Shown: positions 39,277-47,365 of the stretch, piece after piece
Numbering within the stretch: position 1 is the stretch's first letter
Layout: each line of letters opens with the position of its first letter
Notes under the pieces: model-generated
Databases searched by the model: none
The model's input: only the letters and a program-made list of their open reading frames with translations
Told to the model about the DNA's origin: nothing
Translations under genes and position numbers: made by a program
Virus record (IMG/VR): IMGVR_UViG_3300020190_000054
Location: 633 to 64,632 of that record
DNA length: 64,000 bases
Origin: a virus
Taxonomy: Duplodnaviria; Caudoviricetes
Reading direction: 5' to 3' (one strand)

Positions 39277-41196
39277 TTAAATGTTCCGTCCAAGTTGACG
39301 ACGCAAGAAATCTTGCGGATCACGTCCTTCGATTCTAGCTCTACGCAATACTTCACTTACTGCAATACTTTCTTTAGCAACTTGACGACGATCAAGTTCT
39401 CTTTGAATTGCAGCAGCACCTGACTTGGTAGATTGCCCCAAGGCTCTAGTTAAACCTTCTGTTGTTACACCCGAGTATGGTGTTGCTTCTTGTTTTGCAA
39501 TCCACTTGGGAACGTCGGTTGGTTTACGTGTTGCAGCAGCCGAATATTGTCCCGTTACTTTGCTCATAGCACCAGGTACATAGCCAGCCTCTTGTCCATA
39601 AATACCCATACCAGCAGAACCACCAGGGATTTCAGGCAGTGGTGCTCGATTTAAAATACTGTATTTAATTTCTTGTTTTGATTGTTGCGTTGTCGGCAAG
39701 TCCGGTGGCATTGCACCAGTGACTCTTAAAGCGCCTGGAATATCTTGTCCCGTTTCCATGGGAACACCTGGGACTAAGGGGTCGCCAGTACCAAAGAGTT
39801 GACGTTCTTCAACTTTAGGTAAAACTTCTTGCAAACTAGGCGATGCACCACGAATAGCGGTACCAACAGCCGTCGACTCAATCTGTGCTTCAGGCCCAAT
39901 GTTTACAAGGGTCGTTTCAGAAGGTCGCCCGGTTAAACCAGGGATGCGTTCTGATTCCGGCACTTCTTGAATACTGGCTGCTTCCACTGCTTTACGCACT
40001 GTGGTTGGAAGAGAGATGTTCTGACGAAACTCTTCAGTGCCAGGCTGTAATCCCGCTTTAGATGCCCAACCTTCTGCCAATGCACGTTCAAAGCGAGTAG
40101 TACCAGGGCGCAAACCGCGCTCAACTAACTCTTGACGCCGTTGCATCATTTCAGTTTTGGCAATATCCGCTAATTCTTGCGATGACAGTGAACGTGCTTG
40201 CTCAATTTGATCAACCGGAAGACCATCTGGAAGTTGAGACGCAACTTGATTAATAGGACCATCGTCCACATAACCAATCATCTGTGATGGCTCTGCTTCT
40301 GCCATCATGCGTTGCCGTTCTGCTTCAACAAAATCTTCTAAGAAACTAATCTCACCAAGATCATTGTCTTCATTTTGTTGAAGACTGTGCATAACCCGAC
40401 CAGTTTGTTGATCTTCTGCAGATTCAACAGCATTAAATTTTTGATCAGCAATTAATGGTTGTTGAATTTTTTGTGAATCAGTCAATGTTTCTGCTGGTGC
40501 TAATGACCCAGTAGATTCAAGATATGCACGAGGATTAAACCCTTCAGCGCCAGAAGAACGAATTTCAGTTAAAACATCATCAACTTGACGTTCAATACCT
40601 TGAACTTGTGCAGCTTGCCGCCGCATTTCTTGTTGAGTAGCGCGACCGGTTTCCAAACGCTTTGCTTGTTCATACTCTGGTGCGTACTTTTGAATAATGT
40701 CGTACGCAACATCGGAACCCAAAAGGTTTTGCGGTACAACTGAAACGTTGACTGGAGTTACGGCTTGAGTTTTAGGGGTATAAGGTAAATCCCAAGGACT
40801 TGGTGCAGCTTGTTGAGAAACAGATGGTTGAACAACAGGTTCTTTAGAGGGAGGAGGAGTTGTTTCTTGTACAACACGACGAACTGGTGACACTTCAGCC
40901 CCCATTTCCGCCAAGTCAACCTGACGAACACCAGCAGTTGCGGACTTTGCGGGACCACGGAGTAAACGACGACCGGCAATGGTGGCTCCTACGCCTCCAG
41001 CAAGAGCTAAACCTACGCCAATGCCGACTGATAGTGGATCAAACCCCTTTGATTCTTGCGATTCAGGTGCTTTGAGCTGATTACGACGGAATTCCAGTAC
41101 TTCTGGCGCCATCTGAGCCCTTTCTTCTGGCGATTCGGGGACAGGAACCCCGGTTGCGCGACTATATGCGTAAAAATCAGCCGGAGAAATGGCCAT
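39277..41196 (-). CDS. large low-complexity protein with an N-terminal membrane segment
   Basis: 639 aa; VGIGVGLALAGGVGATIAG segment; E/Q/P-rich. Confidence 0.65.
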   Translation of the reverse strand: MAISPADFYAYSRATGVPVPESPEERAQMAPEVLEFRRNQLKAPESQESKGFDPLSVGIGVGLALAGGVGATIAGRRLLRGPAKSATAGVRQVDLAEMGAEVSPVRRVVQETTPPPSKEPVVQPSVSQQAAPSPWDLPYTPKTQAVTPVNVSVVPQNLLGSDVAYDIIQKYAPEYEQAKRLETGRATQQEMRRQAAQVQGIERQVDDVLTEIRSSGAEGFNPRAYLESTGSLAPAETLTDSQKIQQPLIADQKFNAVESAEDQQTGRVMHSLQQNEDNDLGEISFLEDFVEAERQRMMAEAEPSQMIGYVDDGPINQVASQLPDGLPVDQIEQARSLSSQELADIAKTEMMQRRQELVERGLRPGTTRFERALAEGWASKAGLQPGTEEFRQNISLPTTVRKAVEAASIQEVPESERIPGLTGRPSETTLVNIGPEAQIESTAVGTAIRGASPSLQEVLPKVEERQLFGTGDPLVPGVPMETGQDIPGALRVTGAMPPDLPTTQQSKQEIKYSILNRAPLPEIPGGSAGMGIYGQEAGYVPGAMSKVTGQYSAAATRKPTDVPKWIAKQEATPYSGVTTEGLTRALGQSTKSGAAAIQRELDRRQVAKESIAVSEVLRRARIEGRDPQDFLRRQLGRNI

Positions 41197-41299
41197 TTGC
41201 AGTTATTACGGGTACTTTTGACCTGTTGTCATTCTATTGTTGACAAATCTTAAGTGTGCCGCCGTTATAGTAAGAGAAATGTGGTTGTAAGTTCCAGGG

Positions 41300-41512
41300 A
41301 TGGACGCTGGTACTAGGCAAAAACGGGTTGAAGCCCTTGAAAAAATCAAAGACCGTGCCGTAAACATGGCAAAAGAAGGAAGAGATTCCTTTGAGGTACG
41401 AGATTTTGTTACTAAAGCCAAAAAAGAATTGGCATATGAGCTTCCAGATGAGGAAGCTTTTACAAAAGCTATGAATGCAACGTTGGCTTATAAACGCAAA
41501 AGCAACAAATAA
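41300..41512 (+). CDS. small helical hypothetical protein
   Basis: 70 aa followed by a terminator. Confidence 0.6.
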   Translation: MDAGTRQKRVEALEKIKDRAVNMAKEGRDSFEVRDFVTKAKKELAYELPDEEAFTKAMNATLAYKRKSNK

Positions 41513-41537
41513 GTAAAAAACAACATAAATTTTAATC

Positions 41538-41563
41538 GCGGAGTTTAACCACTCCGCTTTTTT
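41538..41563 (+). terminator. intrinsic terminator
   Basis: GCGGAG-N8-CTCCGC followed by TTTTTT. Confidence 0.75.
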
Positions 41564-41740
41564 GGCTGGTTTTTTGGGCTAATTAGGGAAAATAATTACA
41601 AAAATTGTTTTTATTTTAAAGACTGGCCCGTATATCTACCAGGTTGGGGTGATAGTTACTTTACTCTTCTCCACCCGCCCGTCCGAATGTGAATGTGGAG
41701 AGAAAAAAAAGAAAGGGCGGGGGTATGTGAAATGTAGGAG

Positions 41741-41863
41741 CCTGACTACGTTTAGTGAAGGTTACCTGACTACGTTGTGAGGATTCTGAAGGAAGCCTGA
41801 CTACGTTGGATGGTTACTGTAGGTTACCTGACTACGTTTAGAGGAAGGATACCTGACTACGTT
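41741..41863. repeat. five direct repeats of CCTGACTACGTT (iteron-like)
   Basis: Copies start at 41741, 41765, 41796, 41827 and 41852. Confidence 0.92.
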
Positions 41864-42058
41864 TAGAGGAATGAGAGATTCTATCGCGAAGGACGAAGGA
41901 AGTCAGGCGAGTTTACATTAATCTTTCCAATTCACAAGGTTAAGTATTAACTACGTTTCACACCGAGCGGGCTACGACCCGCTCTTATCTGTCTACGTTA
42001 TGCGTCACTGCGCATATACACATAGCGATTGGTTACATATCTGATCAATTGCTTCGTT

Positions 42059-42076
42059 TGATACGAATTCGTATCA
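42059..42076. repeat. perfect 18-bp palindrome TGATACGAATTCGTATCA
   Basis: Read directly from the sequence. Confidence 0.85.
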
Positions 42077-42354
42077 CCATTTCGCTCTAATACGGTACAA
42101 AATCAATGCTTAGCGCTCCGCTCCGCTGGAAGTGCGTTATAGAACGGTGTAGAAATTGGGGGTTGACACGCCCTAATTTTCGTCTGTTCATTGATATTAC
42201 TTGGCTTTCACTTCGCCAGAGGTGATGTAAGCCCAATGTGCACTAGGGCTTAGGCCCTCTCGCAGGGTTAGAAGCCCTGAACTTCCACAGGTTTAGGCCT
42301 GCCAACTAACTTCTGCCCTTTGCGGAGATAGGCACCGCACTATTGGAGTAGACC

Positions 42355-42522
42355 ATGTCGGTTTACGTTGTTATCCTCTGTGATCTGTACCAGGATCACT
42401 TCAATATACGGAACATCTTGGGTTTATTTGCTAGCCGTGAAGCGGCTGACAAGTATGTTCAATCCCAAGAACTTGAGGAAGGTGAACGGTTTCTTGTTTA
42501 TAAGGAATACGTTCGAAACTGA
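42355..42522 (+). CDS. 55-aa first gene of the early arm (not in the ORF track)
   Basis: GGAG SD; MSVYVVILCDLYQDHFNIRNILGLFASREAADKYVQSQELEEGERFLVYKEYVRN. Confidence 0.6.
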   Translation: MSVYVVILCDLYQDHFNIRNILGLFASREAADKYVQSQELEEGERFLVYKEYVRN

Positions 42523-42543
42523 TCCGTCAAAGCGGGAGGACAG

Positions 42544-42885
42544 GTGCAAACCCTGTCCCAGTTATTGCGTAGGTACACACGTACTACTGCGCATCCTGCC
42601 CGTAAGGGCAGGCACTCAACTCACTGCATTATCCTTATGTTTATCTATCAACCCAACCAGTATTCCGACGATCGTGTCGTATGGTATGGCGGTGAATCGA
42701 CTCAGCTCCATTACGAGAAGGAATGTGTTGATGACAACGGCTGTCCTGAATGGAGAGGTGTTGCAGTACGTCCTTTTGGTAATGGGCTTCCCAGTGGCAT
42801 GTCAGAAATGCATGCTGAGCTAGTTGATTACTACTGCTATTGCAACACGATGAAGTATGAAAAGAAGTTAGCTATGGCTGACTGA
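42544..42885 (+). CDS. hypothetical early protein
   Basis: GGAGG SD before GTG. Confidence 0.55.
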   Translation: MQTLSQLLRRYTRTTAHPARKGRHSTHCIILMFIYQPNQYSDDRVVWYGGESTQLHYEKECVDDNGCPEWRGVAVRPFGNGLPSGMSEMHAELVDYYCYCNTMKYEKKLAMAD

Positions 42886-42983
42886 TACTTGATTCCTGCA
42901 CCTACCCATTACTTTTAACAAGAGGTGATGGGTTTCTGCAGGCTTCACACCTGCACAACTCAACTCAACCCAACAGAAGTCCC

Positions 42984-43226
42984 ATGACTCCTAAAGCTGT
43001 TGAACGTCTTCTCACTCAAGAAGCTCGTCTTCTTGCACGTCGAGATACTCCTTTCATTGACCAAGAAATTGAGAGTCAGCGTCAAGCTGCTCTTGATGTC
43101 TTTTATCAGTGGCAAGATGGCTTGGTACAGTTCCAGGACATTGTTCCTTTTTGCGTGGTGCTCGAACGTAAAGTTCGTCTGAACCATGATCTTATTAGAT
43201 GGGAACTTAACCATCTGATGGATTGA
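42984..43226 (+). CDS. hypothetical early protein
   Basis: 80 aa, flanked by structured intergenic elements. Confidence 0.6.
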   Translation: MTPKAVERLLTQEARLLARRDTPFIDQEIESQRQAALDVFYQWQDGLVQFQDIVPFCVVLERKVRLNHDLIRWELNHLMD

Positions 43227-43318
43227 TTTCTGCATTTAACCCTTCCCATCCATTGTGATGGGTGGGTTTACTGCAGAGTTCAACTCTGCTTGTTTACTTA
43301 CTTAATTCAACTCAACTT

Positions 43319-43717
43319 ATGGCTTACGCTGACCTCCAAACAATTTCACTTGTTGGTCGCATCGCTGATCTCACCGTCATTAAGACGGAAGATGAGCGTA
43401 ACTGCCTCATTGTCACCCTGTATCACCGCATCTCACCAGATGCACTAATCACTGTTAAGTTCCTTAACTCCAACGGATTGCTCACTGCTTACACCAATGA
43501 CAACTTGGTTGTAGGACAAGAACTTACCGTCGTTGGTAAAATTCAAGCCATTCGTTCTTTCTACATGAAAGACGATGAACTTACTCCGCTCAAGCAACCA
43601 GAGTTCCAACTGAAAGTCATCGACTATGCTTTTGGTTCCAAGCCTCAACCAAAGGCCGAACCCAAAGCTACCAAGAAGACCAAAGCTCAGCCTACGCTTG
43701 AGCCAGTGGAACTCTAA
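43319..43717 (+). CDS. single-OB-fold SSB-like protein
   Basis: ISLVGRIAD...LVVGQELTVVGKI; basic/proline-rich tail. Confidence 0.55.
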   Translation: MAYADLQTISLVGRIADLTVIKTEDERNCLIVTLYHRISPDALITVKFLNSNGLLTAYTNDNLVVGQELTVVGKIQAIRSFYMKDDELTPLKQPEFQLKVIDYAFGSKPQPKAEPKATKKTKAQPTLEPVEL

Positions 43718-43798
43718 TTGACGGTTACACTAAGGGACTTCGGTCCCTTTCTGTAGCCCTCGATGGCTACACCACTTATTACACATTCACTTCACAAC

Positions 43799-43990
43799 AT
43801 GAAACAAGTTATTAAACTACGTCCCAACAGTTATGTCCACCTTGATTCCTATGGCGAAGCTAAGGATTCATTTATTGCCAACATGCTGATTACTCTTGTT
43901 GTTGTCGGTATTGCTGCAATGACAGGAGCCGCTGCTGTTGGCGTGGACATTACTAACATTCAACCTATTACTATTCAACAATCCAAATGA
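43799..43990 (+). CDS. small membrane protein
   Basis: Hydrophobic LITLVVVGIAAMTGAAAVG. Confidence 0.5.
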   Translation: MKQVIKLRPNSYVHLDSYGEAKDSFIANMLITLVVVGIAAMTGAAAVGVDITNIQPITIQQSK

Positions 43991-44337
43991 CTACTGCCCT
44001 TGCATCTCGTTTAGAAACTCTTGCTAATCGCATCAATCAACTCTTTGTTGCATTGTGTGAGAACTATGCCAAGAGCAATGCCGGTAGTAAGTATTACCAT
44101 CCGGATCAACTTAGTTTTGAAATCGTTTCAGGAACTAAGTACCACAAAATTGTCATGCACCACCAGGGCAGTCGATCTGTCCATGCGTTTGTCCACAAAC
44201 AATCTGGTGCTGTCTACAAACCTGCTAGCTGGAAATCACCAGCTAAACACGTGCGTTACAACTTGCTTGATGACGCATCGTTCGAGGATTGCCTCAAGCG
44301 TGCTGACTGGGCAGGTGGGTATTTATACCTACCGTAA
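43987..44337 (+). CDS. conserved phage hypothetical protein
   Basis: KYHKIV...SVHAFV...G.VYKPASWKSPAKHVRYNL...WAGGYLY. Confidence 0.75.
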   Translation: MTTALASRLETLANRINQLFVALCENYAKSNAGSKYYHPDQLSFEIVSGTKYHKIVMHHQGSRSVHAFVHKQSGAVYKPASWKSPAKHVRYNLLDDASFEDCLKRADWAGGYLYLP

Positions 44338-44396
44338 GCCCCAGCTTTGCACACTAGCAAATCCTCGCTATCCTATCAACGTTCCCAACTCATACC

Positions 44397-44831
44397 ATGG
44401 AACTTCTATCCCAGCTTGACGTTCAGAACCCTGATCACGTCAGCGTTATTACCCGGTCTGGTCGTGTCATTATCTCCGTTCGTAAGAATGGATCTGATGT
44501 GACTGTCGGTTTTCCCGTCAACACATCAATCTTTGACACTACCCCCAGACCCCCGCTGGCACAATCAGCGCCAGCACCTAAACCTATTAGAGACGAACTA
44601 CGTCAGAAACGTATTGAATCAGCTGCCGCTCGTATGAGTAAAGCTGCTCGTTTTAATACCAAACTCACATTGCAATCAGCACGTCAAATTAAAGACATGC
44701 TGGTAGACAAAGAGATTATGGCTAAGTTCAGGTCTAGGCACCAAGCTCATTTGCAAATTGCACAAGCCTATGGTGTGAGCGTTCATGCCATTAGGGCAAT
44801 TGACAAAGGTACGGCTTGGAAATCTGCCTGA
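44397..44831 (+). CDS. C-terminal HTH protein
   Basis: NTKLT...I...QIAQAYGVS..AIRAI.KG.AW. Confidence 0.65.
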   Translation: MELLSQLDVQNPDHVSVITRSGRVIISVRKNGSDVTVGFPVNTSIFDTTPRPPLAQSAPAPKPIRDELRQKRIESAAARMSKAARFNTKLTLQSARQIKDMLVDKEIMAKFRSRHQAHLQIAQAYGVSVHAIRAIDKGTAWKSA

Positions 44832-44839
44832 CTTATGCC

Positions 44840-44935
44840 ACGTCTTGGGCAGGCGAAGCGTAATGTTTAATCAATGGACTCACTTGGATTTATCCCAGTG
44901 GGTCCTACACACCTTCGGTGACGTTAAACTGCCTA
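44840..44935 (+). ncRNA. expanded copy of the dispersed pseudoknot element, with a 67-nt structured insert
   Basis: ACGTC/GACGT and TGGGCAG/CTGCCTA joined by a TAAA linker. Confidence 0.55.
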
Positions 44936-44963
44936 TTCTTTTTGGCTACACAGCATTCAACTC

Positions 44964-45116
44964 ATGGATCTTAATCAATTCGAAAATGACATTCCATCTG
45001 ATGCACTTGATGCATTAGCTGATCTTGCTTATGAGCAACGTCAAGCAATGATGGAAGAACTCATTACTCAACCATCTACAACTCATGAAACCATCCTCTA
45101 CTCCCCAACAACATGA
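44964..45116 (+). CDS. 50-aa acidic peptide (not in the ORF track)
   Basis: MDLNQFENDIPSDALDALADLAYEQRQAMMEELITQPSTTHETILYSPTT, preceded by a CAACTC leader. Confidence 0.5.
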   Translation: MDLNQFENDIPSDALDALADLAYEQRQAMMEELITQPSTTHETILYSPTT

Positions 45117-45185
45117 CATAGTTTTGGTATTGATATTCATTATCATTACCAGCGTTCAGCTCTTCATTCAATTCATTGCAGAACT

Positions 45186-45542
45186 ATGGCATTTCATCCA
45201 GTTACCCAAGAAATCGCAGAAGCTTTCGGCTATGAACCCATGTCCGAAGCTGAGCGTAATCAACAATTCCAGCTCACTCCAAACTACGACTCCATTCAAG
45301 ACGGAGTCCCAAAAGCTGGAAGTATCTATCTCAACAAATGCGGAGTCTATCGCTATTACTGGATCCCAGAAGGTGACAACTACACCGACGAAGAGAAAGG
45401 TGACCTCCAAGGCTGGTACGATATCCCGCTCAACGAAGACATCGAAGACTGGTGTTTCGATTCCTGCGCTTTCACGCCAGCGGAAGATGAAGTCGAACCT
45501 GACCACCCAGACAGCTGGCTTAGGCTTCTCGGTTTGATTTAA
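45186..45542 (+). CDS. acidic hypothetical protein
   Basis: 118 aa; C.TP..DEVEPDHPDSWL.LLGLI C-terminus. Confidence 0.65.
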   Translation: MAFHPVTQEIAEAFGYEPMSEAERNQQFQLTPNYDSIQDGVPKAGSIYLNKCGVYRYYWIPEGDNYTDEEKGDLQGWYDIPLNEDIEDWCFDSCAFTPAEDEVEPDHPDSWLRLLGLI

Positions 45543-45636
45543 GTATTGTTTGCCTACAAGAAACTGTCAATACTGCCCACAGCCTGGATCATTAAAGATC
45601 CGGTTGACTCTTCCAAATTCCAACGCACTTCCGACA

Positions 45637-45915
45637 ATGCAAAAGTATTTAAATGAGTATTTCGCAGTTTGCGAAGTCTTAGCTGATCTCAAAGCTATTA
45701 TCCAACGTGAAAATGAACGCCATGAAATGGATCAACACCTTGTTCCATCCATGCGTGATCTAATTGAAAACGAAATTATTCCTTTGCTTGAAAATGAGAT
45801 TGATGCAGATCCAACTCCTCAATATCTCTACGACGACACCGGTGGTGAACCTCCGATGACTGCAGCGGAAATACATCACGTTGCCTGGGTGCAACACCAG
45901 GCTTTGCACTCGTGA
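45637..45915 (+). CDS. hypothetical protein
   Basis: DPTP...GGEPPMTAAE.H..AW C-terminus. Confidence 0.6.
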   Translation: MQKYLNEYFAVCEVLADLKAIIQRENERHEMDQHLVPSMRDLIENEIIPLLENEIDADPTPQYLYDDTGGEPPMTAAEIHHVAWVQHQALHS

Positions 45916-46092
45916 TTTTATCTACCGCAAAGTTAAGAAACCATTAAGAAGTAAGGGCTGGTTCGCATTAGAACCTAAGTCTGGTGCGGCCAGACGCCCT
46001 TTGCTTCATCATTATTCCGGTTGGGCCTGAACCAAGCGGAATCCCCTTAAACAATCCACTGGCCAGTGGGTCCCTGCAGGAGACTCACTCAT

Positions 46093-46108
46093 TGTAACCA
46101 CAGTTACA
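46093..46108. promoter_or_regulatory. putative NtcA-binding site TGTAAC-N4-GTTACA
   Basis: Intergenic GTA-N8-TAC with extended palindrome. Confidence 0.45.
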
Positions 46109-46167
46109 GGTCCATGGCCAGGGGTTGACACATCTGGTAAACTTACAATTCATCACACCATCAACTT

Positions 46168-46386
46168 ATGTCACAGCTCAACGACGCACCCAAGCCCCGC
46201 ATCCCTGATGCAATGGATTTCCAACGGCTGCAAGCAATGCAGATCGTTGCCAAGATGAAGGAATCAGCTGACAAATACGGTGTTGGATTCGTTGGTGGAT
46301 TTGTATCTGCCAACGGTGAAAAATTCATGATGTCCAACATGTCAGATGAAGACACTTTAATGCTCTTGCCTGAAGATCTCCAATGA
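46168..46386 (+). CDS. hypothetical protein
   Basis: 72 aa ORF. Confidence 0.6.
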   Translation: MSQLNDAPKPRIPDAMDFQRLQAMQIVAKMKESADKYGVGFVGGFVSANGEKFMMSNMSDEDTLMLLPEDLQ

Positions 46387-46628
46387 AAGAAGTTATTTAC
46401 TACAAAATCATTTCAATTGATGGACGTGATCACACAATTAGTTGTTGTGATTATTCAGAGTCCATTAATGAATTAATTAAAGACAACATTCTTGAAGACA
46501 ATGATTCAGAAATTGTTGATCACATTTTTCAAGAGGAATGTACGTGACTAACAATCAGTCCGAACTAATTGATGCACTTATTGGAGATTTTAACTTTGAA
46601 CGTGTGTTAACTGAATCATGTACTTGGG

Positions 46629-46838
46629 ATGACTGACAAATCACCAATTAATTTTGATAGGACAATCCACGGCTTCAATATTACGGAACATGGCATTAAG
46701 TCTTATACAAAATCATTCAAGCTTGGACCGTTTCAGTTAACACTGAACGCCCGTAAGTCTGGTGTCCTTGGGTCGGTATCGATCCCTGGTACTGGCTTGT
46801 CCAAGCGAAACATCAACCTATTCAATTTCAACTCATGA
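46629..46838 (+). CDS. DUF4236-like small protein
   Basis: KSFKLGPFQLTLN...SVSIPGTGLS. Confidence 0.6.
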   Translation: MTDKSPINFDRTIHGFNITEHGIKSYTKSFKLGPFQLTLNARKSGVLGSVSIPGTGLSKRNINLFNFNS

Positions 46839-47050
46839 ATCCAACTGAACTCACACAACTTATTTGCATGATGGAAACACGGGGCGGTTCTTTTGTAGCC
46901 GCCATCGGTGCAGCCTTGCGTTATGCAGATCCTGTCAATCGGCAACGATTGCTTGATGCATTTCCAGATCTTGTAGAAAAGTATGGCCCCAACGGCATGT
47001 TTGCTGTTGCTCGTGCCATGGCAGAAGACCTTATCTCAAACAAATCATGA
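46835..47050 (+). CDS. hypothetical protein
   Basis: GGSFV.AIG.A...AD..N...L..AFP motif. Confidence 0.65.
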   Translation: MNPTELTQLICMMETRGGSFVAAIGAALRYADPVNRQRLLDAFPDLVEKYGPNGMFAVARAMAEDLISNKS

Positions 47051-47304
47051 CCGTCCTTGCAATCGAAGACACTTCTATTGATGGATCCCATGTCACAGTT
47101 ACAGCTGTTGTGGATGAGATGCGTCTCATCTACCGTGCAACTCAGTTTGAACCTGAGGAATATGCTCCTGCATTATGCAGCGCAAGCTTTGAGCTGGATC
47201 CAGAGGAACAAATTCCTGTTGATGAAGATGGCTTCTGTAGTTATCTTGATCAACGAGATTTGCTCTGGCAACTGGTCGACACTTCCGACTGGGATCTAGA
47301 TTGA
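47047..47304 (+). CDS. acidic hypothetical protein
   Basis: 85 aa; ATGA overlap. Confidence 0.6.
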   Translation: MTVLAIEDTSIDGSHVTVTAVVDEMRLIYRATQFEPEEYAPALCSASFELDPEEQIPVDEDGFCSYLDQRDLLWQLVDTSDWDLD

Positions 47305-47309
47305 TTCAC

Positions 47310-47336
47310 TGTCCTGAGCATGACATTAAACTGCTC
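47310..47336 (+). ncRNA. H-type pseudoknot element
   Basis: TGTC-CT-GAGCA-T-GACA-TTAAAC-TGCTC. Confidence 0.7.
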
Positions 47337-47365
47337 AACACTACGAACTCAACTCTGAACTCACC

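Noticed and set aside
41741-41863. Repeat array as a mini-CRISPR
   Set aside because: Repeats are only 12 bp, spacers are 12-19 nt and resemble each other, and there are no cas genes.
42059-42076. Palindrome as an NtcA site
   Set aside because: The half-sites are in the wrong order (GATAC...GTATC), not GTA-N8-TAC.
42368-42823. 151-aa plus-strand ORF
   Set aside because: It overlaps two ORFs that have clear SD sites (42355 and 42544) and has no RBS of its own.
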